Assembly: GCA_977020255.1 (NCBI GenBank)
Contig: CDROCS010001295.1
Coordinates: forward strand, 1 to 64,000
From: Obrimoposthia wandeli
Taxonomy: Eukaryota
Direction: 5' to 3'
Length of the DNA: 64,000 nt
Shown here: in pieces, positions 11,183 through 21,053 of the stretch
Numbering within the stretch: position 1 is the first letter of the stretch
Layout of the letters: every line of letters starts with the position of its first letter
Position numbers and translations under genes: made by a program
The notes under the pieces: model-generated
The model's database searches: none
What the model was told of the DNA's origin: nothing
Seen by the model: the letters and a program-made list of their open reading frames with translations, nothing else

Positions 11183-12010
11183 TTGGCAACTTATGCGATT
11201 GGCGATATTCAAGGTTGCTACCGTGAACTTCTAGCTTTGCTACAACAATGTAACTATCAAGCCGGCGATCAATTATGGTTTGTCGGTGATTTAGTCAATC
11301 GCGGCCCTAACTCTTTAGAAACATTAAGGTTTATTAAAGGTCTAGGTAACAGTGCCAAAGTTGTTTTAGGTAATCACGATTTACATTTACTAGCGATTTA
11401 TTTTGCCAAAGCAAGGCTTAAAAAATCTGACACCTTACAAGAAATACTTCAAGCCACTGATTGTGATGATTTAATGTGGTGGTTAAAATCGCAACCATTA
11501 CTTCATCACGATACAAATCTCGATGCAGTAATGACACATGCTGGCATCCCAGCTAACTGGAGTTTAAAACAAGCGATCAGCAGAGCTAGCGAAGTAAGCA
11601 CGGCATTACAAGAAGATAATTTTGTAGAGTATTTCCACAAAATGTATGGAAACACTCCAAATCAATGGCATGATTCCCTAGAGGGGATAGATCGCTTGCG
11701 ATGTATAACAAATTATTTAACCCGCATGCGGTTTTGTCGTTACGATAATAGCTTAGAACTAAATCAAAAGGGCGACGTTGGTAGTCAATCAAAGGAGCTT
11801 ATCCCTTGGTTTGATTTATATCCTAATAATCAACCTCAACTTAAGTCTCAACCCTTAATTTTGTTCGGCCATTGGGCTTCATTAATGGGAAAAACTTCTC
11901 ATGCAAGTATTATTGCGCTTGATACTGGATGTGTTTGGGGAGAAAGAATGACAGCTATCTGTATTGAAACCCGAAAGGTATACAGCACTCCAAGCTTGCC
12001 AAGGAAATAA
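11183..12010 (+). CDS. apaH: Symmetrical bis(5'-nucleosyl)-tetraphosphatase (TTG start)
   Basis: YAIGDIQGC, VGDLVNRGP, VLGNHDLH, FGHWA, LDTGCVWG. Confidence 0.98.
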   Translation: MATYAIGDIQGCYRELLALLQQCNYQAGDQLWFVGDLVNRGPNSLETLRFIKGLGNSAKVVLGNHDLHLLAIYFAKARLKKSDTLQEILQATDCDDLMWWLKSQPLLHHDTNLDAVMTHAGIPANWSLKQAISRASEVSTALQEDNFVEYFHKMYGNTPNQWHDSLEGIDRLRCITNYLTRMRFCRYDNSLELNQKGDVGSQSKELIPWFDLYPNNQPQLKSQPLILFGHWASLMGKTSHASIIALDTGCVWGERMTAICIETRKVYSTPSLPRK

Positions 12011-12109
12011 ACTTGCAAACTAAACGGTCCTTAACTATTTAACTCTTAAAATCTTTAACTTATAAGAATTAACTAATTTACAAAAACTCTTTAATCTATA
12101 AGGTGACAA

Positions 12110-12433
12110 ATGTCAGATTTTCAATGCATTGACTGCGAAGAAGCTCAAAAATTATTATCACAAGGCGCTATTTTATTAGATATCCGTGATGAAGGAAGCT
12201 TTCATCAAGGGCATCCTAGCCAGGCAAAGAATCTCAATAACGATAACATACAAGCATTACTGCAACCGCTAGCTAAAGATCATAATATCTTAGTGTTATG
12301 CTATCACGGTGTCAGCAGCAAAAGTGCAGCTCAATTCATACACTCTCAAGGCTACATAAACACTGCCAGTATTGATGGTGGATTCAGCGCTTGGCAAGCA
12401 CTTTTTCCTGATGATATTCATCAAGGCATATAA
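12110..12433 (+). CDS. glpE: Thiosulfate sulfurtransferase (single-domain rhodanese)
   Basis: LLDIRD, active-site loop CYHGVSS, IDGGFSAW; sits after apaH as in Pseudomonas. Confidence 0.92.
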   Translation: MSDFQCIDCEEAQKLLSQGAILLDIRDEGSFHQGHPSQAKNLNNDNIQALLQPLAKDHNILVLCYHGVSSKSAAQFIHSQGYINTASIDGGFSAWQALFPDDIHQGI

Positions 12434-12527
12434 GCACAATAGTTATAAAGCTAAGTTAAACGAAAGTTTATATTAAGTAAAATAACTCGATGCTATATTT
12501 TTATCTCATATAGAAATGAGCTTAACC

Positions 12528-13016
12528 TTAGTTTAAAAAACTTACTTTGGTTAAGACGTGCTTATTTTTATCAAACTTCTCCCATAAAGCAGCATAAGTT
12601 TCGCCACTATGTGGCTCTTTTACATATGCTGCTATTTCAGCCAACGGCGCTAATACAAAACTATGCATAACAACACAAACGCTTGGGATAATAGTATTGC
12701 CAAATTGGCCTTTGAAATCACCAAATAGAATAAGGTCCAAATCGATGCAAACTTTTTGATCAAGCTTACTAAAGATAGTTCTGCCTAGTTGCTTCTCAAT
12801 AAACTTTAAATTTTCAATGATTTCTTTACCTGTCAATGCAGTAGAAAAAGCGACAACTAAATTAAGATAATCGCCACCTTCATTATCAAGCGATGAGTTT
12901 TTGTAAACACTTGATATTTTAAGCTTACCAAAAACTTTCTCTAAAGCTGCCAAAGCTTTTACTATATTAGCTTGTGCATTATAGTTACTGCCTATTGCTA
13001 CAAATACTTGCGTCAT
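12528..13016 (-). CDS. folK: 2-amino-4-hydroxy-6-hydroxymethyldihydropteridine diphosphokinase (divergent FolK)
   Basis: VFVAIGSN, YLNLVV, IEKQLGR, IDLDLILFG, FVLAPLAEI; downstream of folB. Confidence 0.85.
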   Translation of the reverse strand: MTQVFVAIGSNYNAQANIVKALAALEKVFGKLKISSVYKNSSLDNEGGDYLNLVVAFSTALTGKEIIENLKFIEKQLGRTIFSKLDQKVCIDLDLILFGDFKGQFGNTIIPSVCVVMHSFVLAPLAEIAAYVKEPHSGETYAALWEKFDKNKHVLTKVSFLN

Positions 13017-13073
13017 TCAATCTACCCGTAACAATATTGAATTCAATTTTTTACATTTTCAATAATAAAGCAC

Positions 13074-13439
13074 TCAAGCGATAGCTGGTCTATTTCCACG
13101 CTCTATCAACACACCTACCTCACTAGCAGCAGCAATCGCTGTTGGCTTTCCTACACGCAACCGCACCCAAGGTAACGAAAACTCAGTACGCAATAACTGA
13201 GCTATTTCTTCAGCCATTGTTTCAACTAACAAAAACTCACTTTTACTCACGAACTCTATCAATCTATCCGCAACACTTTTATAACTAACAGTACTATCAA
13301 TATCCTCACCAGCCGCAGCTAAACGTATATCAACAGCCATATCGACATCTAAGCTAACGGTTTGTTTAATTTCACGCTCCCAATCAAAGATTCCAATAAC
13401 AGTTTCAATTTTAAGTTGACGAATGTAAACGATATCCAT
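13074..13439 (-). CDS. folB: Dihydroneopterin aldolase
   Basis: MDIVYIRQLKIETVIGIFDWEREIKQ, FLLVETMAE, VGVLIERG. Confidence 0.97.
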   Translation of the reverse strand: MDIVYIRQLKIETVIGIFDWEREIKQTVSLDVDMAVDIRLAAAGEDIDSTVSYKSVADRLIEFVSKSEFLLVETMAEEIAQLLRTEFSLPWVRLRVGKPTAIAAASEVGVLIERGNRPAIA

Positions 13440-13562
13440 ACTTTCAATTTCCAAATTATAATTTATTTATATTATCTATTTGTACAAAACACTAATCGTA
13501 ACTTGCACAAAACCATGTTCTTTACAAACAAACCACTGAATTAAACGCAAGCGGCATCTGAG

Positions 13563-14588
13563 CTAAAGCGCAGGTAACTCATTCATTGGCCAGCGAGGTC
13601 TTGCTAAAATAGTCAGGTCGCTACTTTGTCCTGCCATTAACCGCTGAGCACCTGCAAAAGCAATCATGGCTCCATTATCTGTACAAAATTCAGGTCTTGC
13701 ATAAAACAATACTGCTTTTTCTTTTGCTACCATTTGCTGTAACTTTTCTCTGAGTCTTGCATTGGCACTAACTCCACCCGCGATAACCAATCGCTTAAAT
13801 TTAGTATGCTGCAATGCTCGCTTGCATTTTATCGCAAGTGTTTCAGCAACAGCCTCTTCAAAAGCTGCAGCAATATCAGCTTTGGTTTGATCATCTAAAC
13901 CGTCTGCGTTTTTAAATTTATTCACTGTATTTAAGGTAAAGGTTTTTAAACCTGAAAAACTCATATCCATCCCTGGCCTATCTGTCATCGGCCTTGGGAA
14001 ACGAAAACGTTGTCTATCTGCTCCTAATGCAAGTTTTGCGATCAACGGCCCACCGGGGTACTCAAGTCCTAGCATTTTCGCTGCCTTATCAAAAGCTTCG
14101 CCAGCAGCATCGTCCAATGACTCACCTAATAGCTGATATTGACCTATTCCTTTAACTTCTACTAATTGGGTATGCCCACCACTAACCAAAAGGGCAACAA
14201 AAGGAAATTGCGGCGATACATCCTCTAACATAGGCGCCAGTAAATGCCCTTCCATATGATGCACTCCAATCGCGGGTATACCCCAAGCAAATGCAATTGC
14301 TCTTGCAGTCGCGGCTCCCACCATCAGCGCTCCAATCAAACCTGGACCCGCAGTGAAAGCAATCGCGTCAATCTGTTGTTGCTCAGTATTCGACTGTTTT
14401 AAAACTTGACGAATCAAAGGAAGCAATCTTTTAATGTGATCTCTAGAAGCTAATTCAGGTACCACCCCACCATACTCGGCGTGCATGGCTACTTGAGAAT
14501 ACAAGGCATCCCCAAGAAGCCCTTGATCAGTATCGTAAACAGCAACACCTGTTTCATCACAAGAAGTCTCAACACCCAGTACTCGCAT
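13563..14588 (-). CDS. tsaD: tRNA N6-threonylcarbamoyladenosine synthesis protein
   Basis: [43 protein letters not shown]. Confidence 0.99.
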   Translation of the reverse strand: MRVLGVETSCDETGVAVYDTDQGLLGDALYSQVAMHAEYGGVVPELASRDHIKRLLPLIRQVLKQSNTEQQQIDAIAFTAGPGLIGALMVGAATARAIAFAWGIPAIGVHHMEGHLLAPMLEDVSPQFPFVALLVSGGHTQLVEVKGIGQYQLLGESLDDAAGEAFDKAAKMLGLEYPGGPLIAKLALGADRQRFRFPRPMTDRPGMDMSFSGLKTFTLNTVNKFKNADGLDDQTKADIAAAFEEAVAETLAIKCKRALQHTKFKRLVIAGGVSANARLREKLQQMVAKEKAVLFYARPEFCTDNGAMIAFAGAQRLMAGQSSDLTILARPRWPMNELPAL

Positions 14589-14841
14589 AACATTTACCCA
14601 ATAGCTATTAATCGAAATTGCGCCACATTATCCACTATAATCTAGATAGTTTCACTATTAGATAAAGTAAAAAGCGTTGTTGGATTTGCCCATACATAAC
14701 TGCGAGACCAAGAAACGATAAATACGCAAATCCCATCAACTCAGCACACAATAACAGGACTCTAATTCTTAAGATTGCGCAGATCAACTAAACTAAATCA
14801 TTTAATTCAACGAAATATACAAGCAATTGATTCTTTGCATT

Positions 14842-14876
14842 TTGACATACAAATAGTATCGCTGTAGAATACGCGC
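14842..14876 (+). promoter_or_regulatory. Sigma70 promoter of the rpsU-dnaG-rpoD operon
   Basis: TTGACA (14842-47), 17 nt, TAGAAT (14865-70), then GC-rich discriminator ACGCGC; ~130 nt upstream of rpsU. Confidence 0.8.
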
Positions 14877-15007
14877 TCAATCTTTTTCGAGCACTTTTTG
14901 TGCTTGCTTTGACAGTAGCTTTAATAACCAAGTTTGAACTTGCATTATTAAAACTATTTATTGAACTAAAAGATTGTATCCCATTAATTTAATTGAGGTT
15001 TAAGAAT

Positions 15008-15223
15008 ATGCCTGCAGTAAGAGTAAAAGATAACGAGCCGTTTGACGTCGCGTTACGTCGTTTTAAGCGTTCATGTGAAAAAGCTGGTGTTCTAGCTGAA
15101 GTACGTCGTCGTGAATTTTACGAAAAGCCTACATCAGTTCGTAAGCGTCAAGCTGCTGCTGCCGTAAAACGTCATGCAAAGAAAGTATCACGTGAAATTT
15201 CTCGCAGAGTACGTTTATACTAA
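15008..15223 (+). CDS. rpsU: 30S ribosomal protein S21
   Basis: [27 protein letters not shown]...RVRLY. Confidence 0.99.
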   Translation: MPAVRVKDNEPFDVALRRFKRSCEKAGVLAEVRRREFYEKPTSVRKRQAAAAVKRHAKKVSREISRRVRLY

Positions 15224-15399
15224 TTTAATCATCACTCAAGACACGAATATTCATTATTAGCTTAATGTTTATTTAATTAGTGTTTTATGTTGATTAATAA
15301 CATCTTCCATTTTGGAAAGTCACTGAAATGAAAGATCGCGAAGTGTCGTGCACCTAGCTACACCGGCGATAGATCAAATTATACCTCTATACATTAAAG

Positions 15400-15820
15400 T
15401 ATAAAAGCTAACAGAAAAAACCATACGGCTAAAACCGCTACTGGCAGTCATTTGTAAAGTTTAGGTAGAATTTTAACGCATCATAATTGATAGCGTATAG
15501 AGCTGGATGACACATGGGTAGTCAGCGTTTTAGGCAATAAGTTTAGCAATGCAGAGCTAACCCACGCAATATTTAAAAGCGAACCGCACAGATCTGGCGG
15601 ACACCGAGCAGCAAGAACAGGAGGTGATTAAAACCACTTGCCGCACCGCTTAATGACAAAGAGATATCAGCCATAATTAACAAGGCTATCACCCAGAAAA
15701 AACATCCAGCATGATGGATACGGGAAATTTGATGGCACTTGCGAAACAGCAACCGCCAGGTCGCATTTATATGGCTTTTGTATCCAAACTTACCAAACAA
15801 AACCTAGCAATTTTTACCCG
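15400..15820 (+). pseudogene. yqeY: GatB/YqeY-domain protein pseudogene
   Basis: Fragments in shifting frames: RIELDDTWVVSVL; QYLKANRTDLADTEQQEQEVI; PLNDKEISAIINKAI; SSMMDTGNLMALAKQQPPGRIYMAFVSKLTKQNL. These are collinear with YqeY, at its usual rpsU-dnaG position. Ends are approximate. Confidence 0.8.
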
Positions 15821-15890
15821 TAAAACACTGTATACCTCAACCACACCACAGCACCAACGCGACAGCTAAACATCGATACCATATTTTTCG

Positions 15891-15926
15891 TAATCTCACT
15901 AATCTCACTAATCTCACTAATCTCAT
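15891..15926 (+). repeat. 9-bp tandem repeat, 4 copies (TAATCTCAC x3 + TAATCTCAT)
   Basis: Read directly; ends 70 nt upstream of the dnaG ATG. Confidence 0.95.
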
Positions 15927-15995
15927 GTTAAAGTAGCTTTTCATTTATTATAAATTACTTTACCCAATCTATAACTGCTTACATACGAGAAATAA

Positions 15996-17882
15996 ATGGC
16001 CAATAAAATCCCACAATCATTCATAGATGACTTACTGGCCAGAACCGATATAGTAGACATCATTGACGGCAGCGTTAACTTAAAAAAAGCCGGTAAAAAT
16101 TATAGCGGCCTCTGCCCTTTCCACAAAGAGAAATCCCCCTCTTTTTCTGTAAACCCCGACAAACAATTTTACTACTGCTTTGGTTGCGGTGCAGGGGGTA
16201 ATGCAATAACTTTCATCACCGAATACGAAAACTTGCCATTTCCTCAAGCCGTAGAAGATCTAGCTAAAAGAGCGGGGATCGAAATCCCTAAAGACACTTC
16301 AAACCAAAGAAACAACGAACACTTATATCAAGCTCAATTTAAAATTTTAGATTTAACCGCGGCTTTTTATCAAGCACAACTAAAGAACCACCCTTCTAAG
16401 CAAACCGCTATCAACTATCTACAAAGTAGAGGACTAGATGGCAATACAGCCAAACAGTTTGGCATAGGCTTCGCACCTGCTGGCTGGGATAATTTAATCA
16501 AAGGCGTAGGCCTTACAGATACAGACATCTCACATTTAGAACGCAGCGGCATGCTCATTAGACACGAGCAAAAAGATAGCTTATACGATAGATTTCGCGA
16601 ACGCATAATGTTTCCTATCAGAGACATGCGTGGTCGTGTCATTGCATTTGGCGGGCGTATTCTAGGCGACGGAAAACCAAAATATTTAAATTCCCCTGAA
16701 ACAGACACCTTCCAAAAAGGCCGAGAGCTATACGGATTATACGAGGCAAGAAAAGCCAACAGGAAACTGGAAAAAGTCATTATTGTTGAAGGTTACATGG
16801 ATGTCGTGAGCTTAGCTCAATATGACATTAACTATAGCGTAGCCACTTTAGGCACCGCCACCAGTCTTCATCATATAGAGAGACTCTACAAAATCGTACC
16901 AGAAATTATCTTTTGTTTTGACGGCGATCAAGCTGGCTTAAAAGCGGCTAAAAGGGCACTCGAAACACTGATGCCCGTTATCAAAGACGGACAACAAGCA
17001 AAGTTTCTATTCCTACCAGAGGGTGAAGACCCGGATACGCTTGTAAGACAAAAAGGAAAGGAACATTTTGAAGAGTTGATAAAAAGCGCCACTCCCATGT
17101 CTGAATACTTTTTTAGCTCTCTTTCAGATAATATAGATATGGACTCAATTGAAGGCAGGGCTTTATTTAGCAGCCAAGCTCTCCCTCTTATTCAACAAAT
17201 GCAACCAAGCCTTTTGCAGCAAATGATGAGAGATCGAATCAGCGAACTGACCGGATTATCCATCAATCAGTTAACGAGCAGCAACCACTTGCATGACAGC
17301 TTTGGGCAGAACAGCGATTATTCTGCTGATTTCACATACCAAACCGAAAACACCAATCAAAAAAAACAATACACACCACGCTCTAACCATCAACCCAAAC
17401 CAGCTTTCTCGCGCAATCAAAAAAGAACAGCTCAAGTGACACTTGTAAACAGAACTATCTCTCTACTATTACACAACCCAAATTTAATCTCTCAAGTTTC
17501 TGCTATACCTGACTTAGGCTTAATCGAAGAAGATAATGCCGATATACTAGCAATGCTGGTAGATTATTGGGTCAAATACCCTAACGCAAGCATTGGTCAA
17601 ATGCTTATCGACTGGCAAGACACGCCGGAATATTCAAGCAAGCTATTGGTCATAAGCGAAATATCTAGATTAAACCCTTGCCCTGACGAAAATTTCCAAC
17701 AGCTTTTTCAAGACAGCTGGGAAATGCTCAAGGAAAGAAAGGGAGACCTTGCATACCGAGACATAAAGAACCAACAATCATCTTTAAAAAGCAATCTTAG
17801 CAGCTCCATAAAACAACAAGCCAAGCAATACTTAGATGAGATAGCTGCTAAGCATAAAAGACAGATCAACAACAATAACTAA
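15996..17882 (+). CDS. dnaG: DNA primase
   Basis: Zn finger CPFH...CFGC, FRERIMFPI, KYLNSPET, TOPRIM VEGYMDV and FDGDQAG. Confidence 0.99.
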   Translation: MANKIPQSFIDDLLARTDIVDIIDGSVNLKKAGKNYSGLCPFHKEKSPSFSVNPDKQFYYCFGCGAGGNAITFITEYENLPFPQAVEDLAKRAGIEIPKDTSNQRNNEHLYQAQFKILDLTAAFYQAQLKNHPSKQTAINYLQSRGLDGNTAKQFGIGFAPAGWDNLIKGVGLTDTDISHLERSGMLIRHEQKDSLYDRFRERIMFPIRDMRGRVIAFGGRILGDGKPKYLNSPETDTFQKGRELYGLYEARKANRKLEKVIIVEGYMDVVSLAQYDINYSVATLGTATSLHHIERLYKIVPEIIFCFDGDQAGLKAAKRALETLMPVIKDGQQAKFLFLPEGEDPDTLVRQKGKEHFEELIKSATPMSEYFFSSLSDNIDMDSIEGRALFSSQALPLIQQMQPSLLQQMMRDRISELTGLSINQLTSSNHLHDSFGQNSDYSADFTYQTENTNQKKQYTPRSNHQPKPAFSRNQKRTAQVTLVNRTISLLLHNPNLISQVSAIPDLGLIEEDNADILAMLVDYWVKYPNASIGQMLIDWQDTPEYSSKLLVISEISRLNPCPDENFQQLFQDSWEMLKERKGDLAYRDIKNQQSSLKSNLSSSIKQQAKQYLDEIAAKHKRQINNNN

Positions 17883-17984
17883 TACCAGCCCGTCTCTCTT
17901 AAAAGCTTTAATCATCTAAAACATGCAATACAGCCACTTAGGAACCCAAACACGCTAAATACAGCATAAAAAAGATAAATACAC

Positions 17985-18013
17985 CTTGAAAAAACAGTTA
18001 TAAAACCTATATA
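17985..18013 (+). promoter_or_regulatory. Putative sigma32 (heat-shock) promoter for rpoD
   Basis: CTTGAA (17985-90), 14 nt, ACCTATATA (18005-13), compared with consensus CTTGAA-N13-15-CCCCATAT. Confidence 0.5.
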
Positions 18014-18329
18014 AAAGCTATGATATATAGCTTTAAAAGTCTAAATAGCAAAATAATATTTTATGCAATGATTGCGAGTAAATAAAACTTTTGCAACTAA
18101 GCAATCACATTATTTAGACCGTTCAGCTGAAATGTTTTTTAATTATGTATAATTGCTCATATGCAATTGACTCTATTGGGTTAGAAATACATGTGAATTA
18201 TAGAGAACATATATTAAATTCAATATTTAACAGTAAACAGACAAGACACATATCACTAGTAATGTTTACCACACGGCGTTATAATTGCGCGCTAATTTTT
18301 CTAATCGTTTTATGGATCGCAGGGCTATT

Positions 18330-20153
18330 ATGTCAGATACTTCGCAGCAGCAATCTCGTCTTAAGGAATTAATCGCTAAAGGCAAGGAACAGGGCTATTT
18401 AACTTACTCCGAAGTCAACGATCACTTGCCAGAAGACATCGCTGATCCTGAACAGGTCGAAGATATCATTCGAATGATCAATGATATGGGAATTACTGTA
18501 TCGGAAGTTGCACCTGACGCCGAAACACTGCTCATGAAAGAAGGCGACTCATCACAAGAAGCAGACGACGATGACGTTGCCGCTCTTGCTGCTGTAGAGT
18601 CAGACGCTGGTAGAACGACTGATCCAGTACGCATGTATATGCGCGAAATGGGTACTGTGGAACTTTTATCTCGCGAAGGCGAAATAATCATCGCCAAAAG
18701 AATTGAAGAAGGCATTCGAGAAGTAATGTCTGCGCTTTCTGCTTTCCCAAGCTCTGTTGAAATCATTCTTGAAGCCTACAATAGAATTACCGAAGAAGAA
18801 GGAAGGCTCAGCGATATCTTTAGCGGCTATATTGACCCTGATAGCCCCGATCCCGTTGCTCCGGTTATTGTTGAGCCTAAAATAGTCAAAGAAGGCGATG
18901 ACAACAGCGACGAAGACGAAGACGAAGACGAAAAAGAGCGTGGCCCTGATCCTGAGGAAGCAAAATTACGTTTTGGTAATATACAGCTTCGCTTGGACGA
19001 ATATTATAATGCTGTTGAAAAACATGGCAACCAAAGCTTACAAGCTGAGAAAGCGCAAATCGAACTTAGTTTAGTTTTCTCTCCTGTTAAACTTTCGCCA
19101 CGTTTTTACGAAAGATTAGTTGGAAGAGTTAGAGAATATATTACTAGGATCCGTACACAAGAACGCAATATTATGCGTATCTGCACACAGCGCTGTAAAA
19201 TCCCGCGCAAGGAATTTATTAAAACATTCCCTGGAAATGAAACTAATCAAGATTGGTTCCAAGGCCTGATAGATAAAAATACAGAACATTCACAAGCACT
19301 TGCGACGAATCTGCCTGATTTACAGCGAGCACAACGCCGCTTAAAACAGCTTCAGCAGGAAACCAGCATTGAACTTTTCGAGCTTAAAGACATAAATAGG
19401 CGCATGTCTATCGGTGAAGCTAGAGCCCGCAGAGCCAAGAAAGAAATGGTTGAAGCGAATTTGCGACTTGTTATTTCGATTGCAAAAAAATATACCAACC
19501 GCGGTTTGCAGTTCTTAGACTTGATACAAGAAGGCAACATTGGCTTAATGAAAGCCGTTGATAAATTTGAATACAGAAGAGGGTACAAGTTTTCTACTTA
19601 CGCTACTTGGTGGATTCGACAAGCAATCACTCGCTCAATCGCTGACCAAGCCCGCACCATACGTATTCCTGTGCATATGATTGAAACGATCAACAAGCTA
19701 AACCGAATTTCAAGACAAATGCTACAAGAAATGGGTAGAGAACCTACACCTGAAGAACTTTCCGAGCGAATGGAAATACCTGAAGATAAAATTCGTAAGG
19801 TTCTGAAAATCGCCAAAGAACCCATCTCTATGGAAACACCTATAGGTGATGACGAAGATTCTAGCCTGGGTGACTTCATTGAAGATGTAAACCATTCTTC
19901 TCCTGTTGATTCAGCAACGGGTGAAGGCTTGTGTGAAGCGACTAAAGAAGTACTAGCAGGTTTAACCGCAAGAGAAGCTAAAGTACTTAGAATGCGCTTT
20001 GGTATCAACATGAATACTGATCACACACTAGAAGAAGTGGGCAAACAGTTTGATGTTACGCGCGAGCGCATACGCCAAATTGAAGCCAAAGCTTTGAGAA
20101 AGCTACGTCATCCTAGCCGCTCTGATCACTTACGTAGCTTTTTAGACGAGTAA
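18330..20153 (+). CDS. rpoD: RNA polymerase primary sigma factor sigma70
   Basis: [61 protein letters not shown]; acidic DEDEDEDE patch. Confidence 0.99.
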   Translation: MSDTSQQQSRLKELIAKGKEQGYLTYSEVNDHLPEDIADPEQVEDIIRMINDMGITVSEVAPDAETLLMKEGDSSQEADDDDVAALAAVESDAGRTTDPVRMYMREMGTVELLSREGEIIIAKRIEEGIREVMSALSAFPSSVEIILEAYNRITEEEGRLSDIFSGYIDPDSPDPVAPVIVEPKIVKEGDDNSDEDEDEDEKERGPDPEEAKLRFGNIQLRLDEYYNAVEKHGNQSLQAEKAQIELSLVFSPVKLSPRFYERLVGRVREYITRIRTQERNIMRICTQRCKIPRKEFIKTFPGNETNQDWFQGLIDKNTEHSQALATNLPDLQRAQRRLKQLQQETSIELFELKDINRRMSIGEARARRAKKEMVEANLRLVISIAKKYTNRGLQFLDLIQEGNIGLMKAVDKFEYRRGYKFSTYATWWIRQAITRSIADQARTIRIPVHMIETINKLNRISRQMLQEMGREPTPEELSERMEIPEDKIRKVLKIAKEPISMETPIGDDEDSSLGDFIEDVNHSSPVDSATGEGLCEATKEVLAGLTAREAKVLRMRFGINMNTDHTLEEVGKQFDVTRERIRQIEAKALRKLRHPSRSDHLRSFLDE

Positions 20154-20175
20154 TTAAAAAAAATTAAATTCTCTA

Positions 20176-20209
20176 TTGCGCCATCACTCATTGCTATGTA
20201 TGATGGCGC
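20176..20209 (+). promoter_or_regulatory. Putative stable-RNA sigma70 promoter for the tRNA array, coincident with a 9-bp inverted repeat
   Basis: TTGCGC (20176-81), 17 nt, TATGAT (20199-204), discriminator GGCGC. GCGCCATCA/TGATGGCGC forms a hairpin across it. Confidence 0.55.
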
Positions 20210-20302
20210 TCTCTTGATTAAGGCAGCTTTCAAATCATATTAATTTGATAGTAAAGCCTTATAAATTATCAAGATATCCTGAATTTATTTCACAGATAAC
20301 TC

Positions 20303-20383
20303 AGGAATTATGCTCAGTTAGTTAGATTAGGCGGATTAATAATTCGTTTATCAATGGATCTAAGTAGTATCGATATCGACCGC
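20303..20383 (+). pseudogene. Heavily decayed tRNA-Ile2-like relic
   Basis: GCTCAGTTAGTTAGA matches the intact D-arm at 13/15. TTAATAA lies at the anticodon-loop position (vs CTCATAA), then TGGATCTAAGT at the T-arm position. Its D-arm is 114 bp upstream of the next copy's D-arm. Confidence 0.5.
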
Positions 20384-20416
20384 TACATTAGAAACAAACA
20401 CTTACTAAGTAAAAGT

Positions 20417-20473
20417 GCCTCTTTAACTCAGTTGGTTAGAGTGACCGAATCATAATCGGCCTGTCGTTGGTTC
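20417..20473 (+). pseudogene. 3'-truncated tRNA(CAT) copy
   Basis: 52/57 identical to the 5' part of the intact tRNA. It breaks off at TTC of the T-loop, with no partner for T-stem GTTGG, no acceptor 3' strand and no CCA. Confidence 0.9.
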
Positions 20474-20531
20474 TTATGCAGTATGCATTCGGATCTGACG
20501 TTTAGAGAAGCTTTACAGAAAGAAATACAAT

Positions 20532-20608
20532 GCCTCTTTAACTCAGTTGGTTAGAGTGCCCGACTCATAATCGGTCTGTCGTAAGTTCGAGTCTTACAAG
20601 AGGCACCA
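20532..20608 (+). tRNA. tRNA with CAU anticodon, most likely tRNA-Ile2 (lysidine-modified)
   Basis: Cloverleaf GCCTCTT/AAGAGGC, ACTC/GAGT, CCCGA-CTCATAA-TCGGT, GTAAG-TTCGAGT-CTTAC, ending ACCA. C29-G41/G30-C40 match E. coli ileX rather than elongator or initiator Met. Position downstream of rpoD is typical for Ile2. Confidence 0.93.
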
Positions 20609-21053
20609 CCCTCCTTTCAAACTAGTTAAATTTGATATAGCATCAATGCTAACTATCATTTCAGTGTTACTCATCTTCCAAATTTAATCCATTGCATACA
20701 ATAAAGTTAAACATTTGAAGGGCATAGAAAGACTTCCAACGGCTATCATCAAATCTATATCCACCAAGGCTCTATGATTGATAAACATATGAAAACAAAT
20801 TCTTGAAGCCAGAGATAACCTTGCCACGCATCTGAAAGAGACAACCTTAAACTTCTCTTTAAAAAAATGACTGTAAACTTTTCGTCTATCGATGTACTTA
20901 GCCAAATAAGACAAAAACCGCAAAAGTATCTATACCTCTATAAAGAATCTGAGGTTAATACATAATTTGATAATTATAAACATAGTAGTATTCGAAATAA
21001 CCTGAATTCAAATTTAACAGCTCTATAGTTACATTAAAAAGATAGTCTATAGA

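Noticed and set aside
18895-18935. GACGAA hexamer repeat in rpoD
   Set aside because: It encodes the ordinary acidic patch of the sigma70 non-conserved region.
20303-20608. Possible CRISPR or active prophage att site at the tRNA repeats
   Set aside because: The repeats are tRNA-derived and the duplicated part is the 5' end, not the 3' att core; no integrase is nearby. Kept only as a scar hypothesis in the findings.
20684-20923. 79-aa minus-strand ORF after the tRNA
   Set aside because: No recognisable motif or RBS; not called as a CDS.
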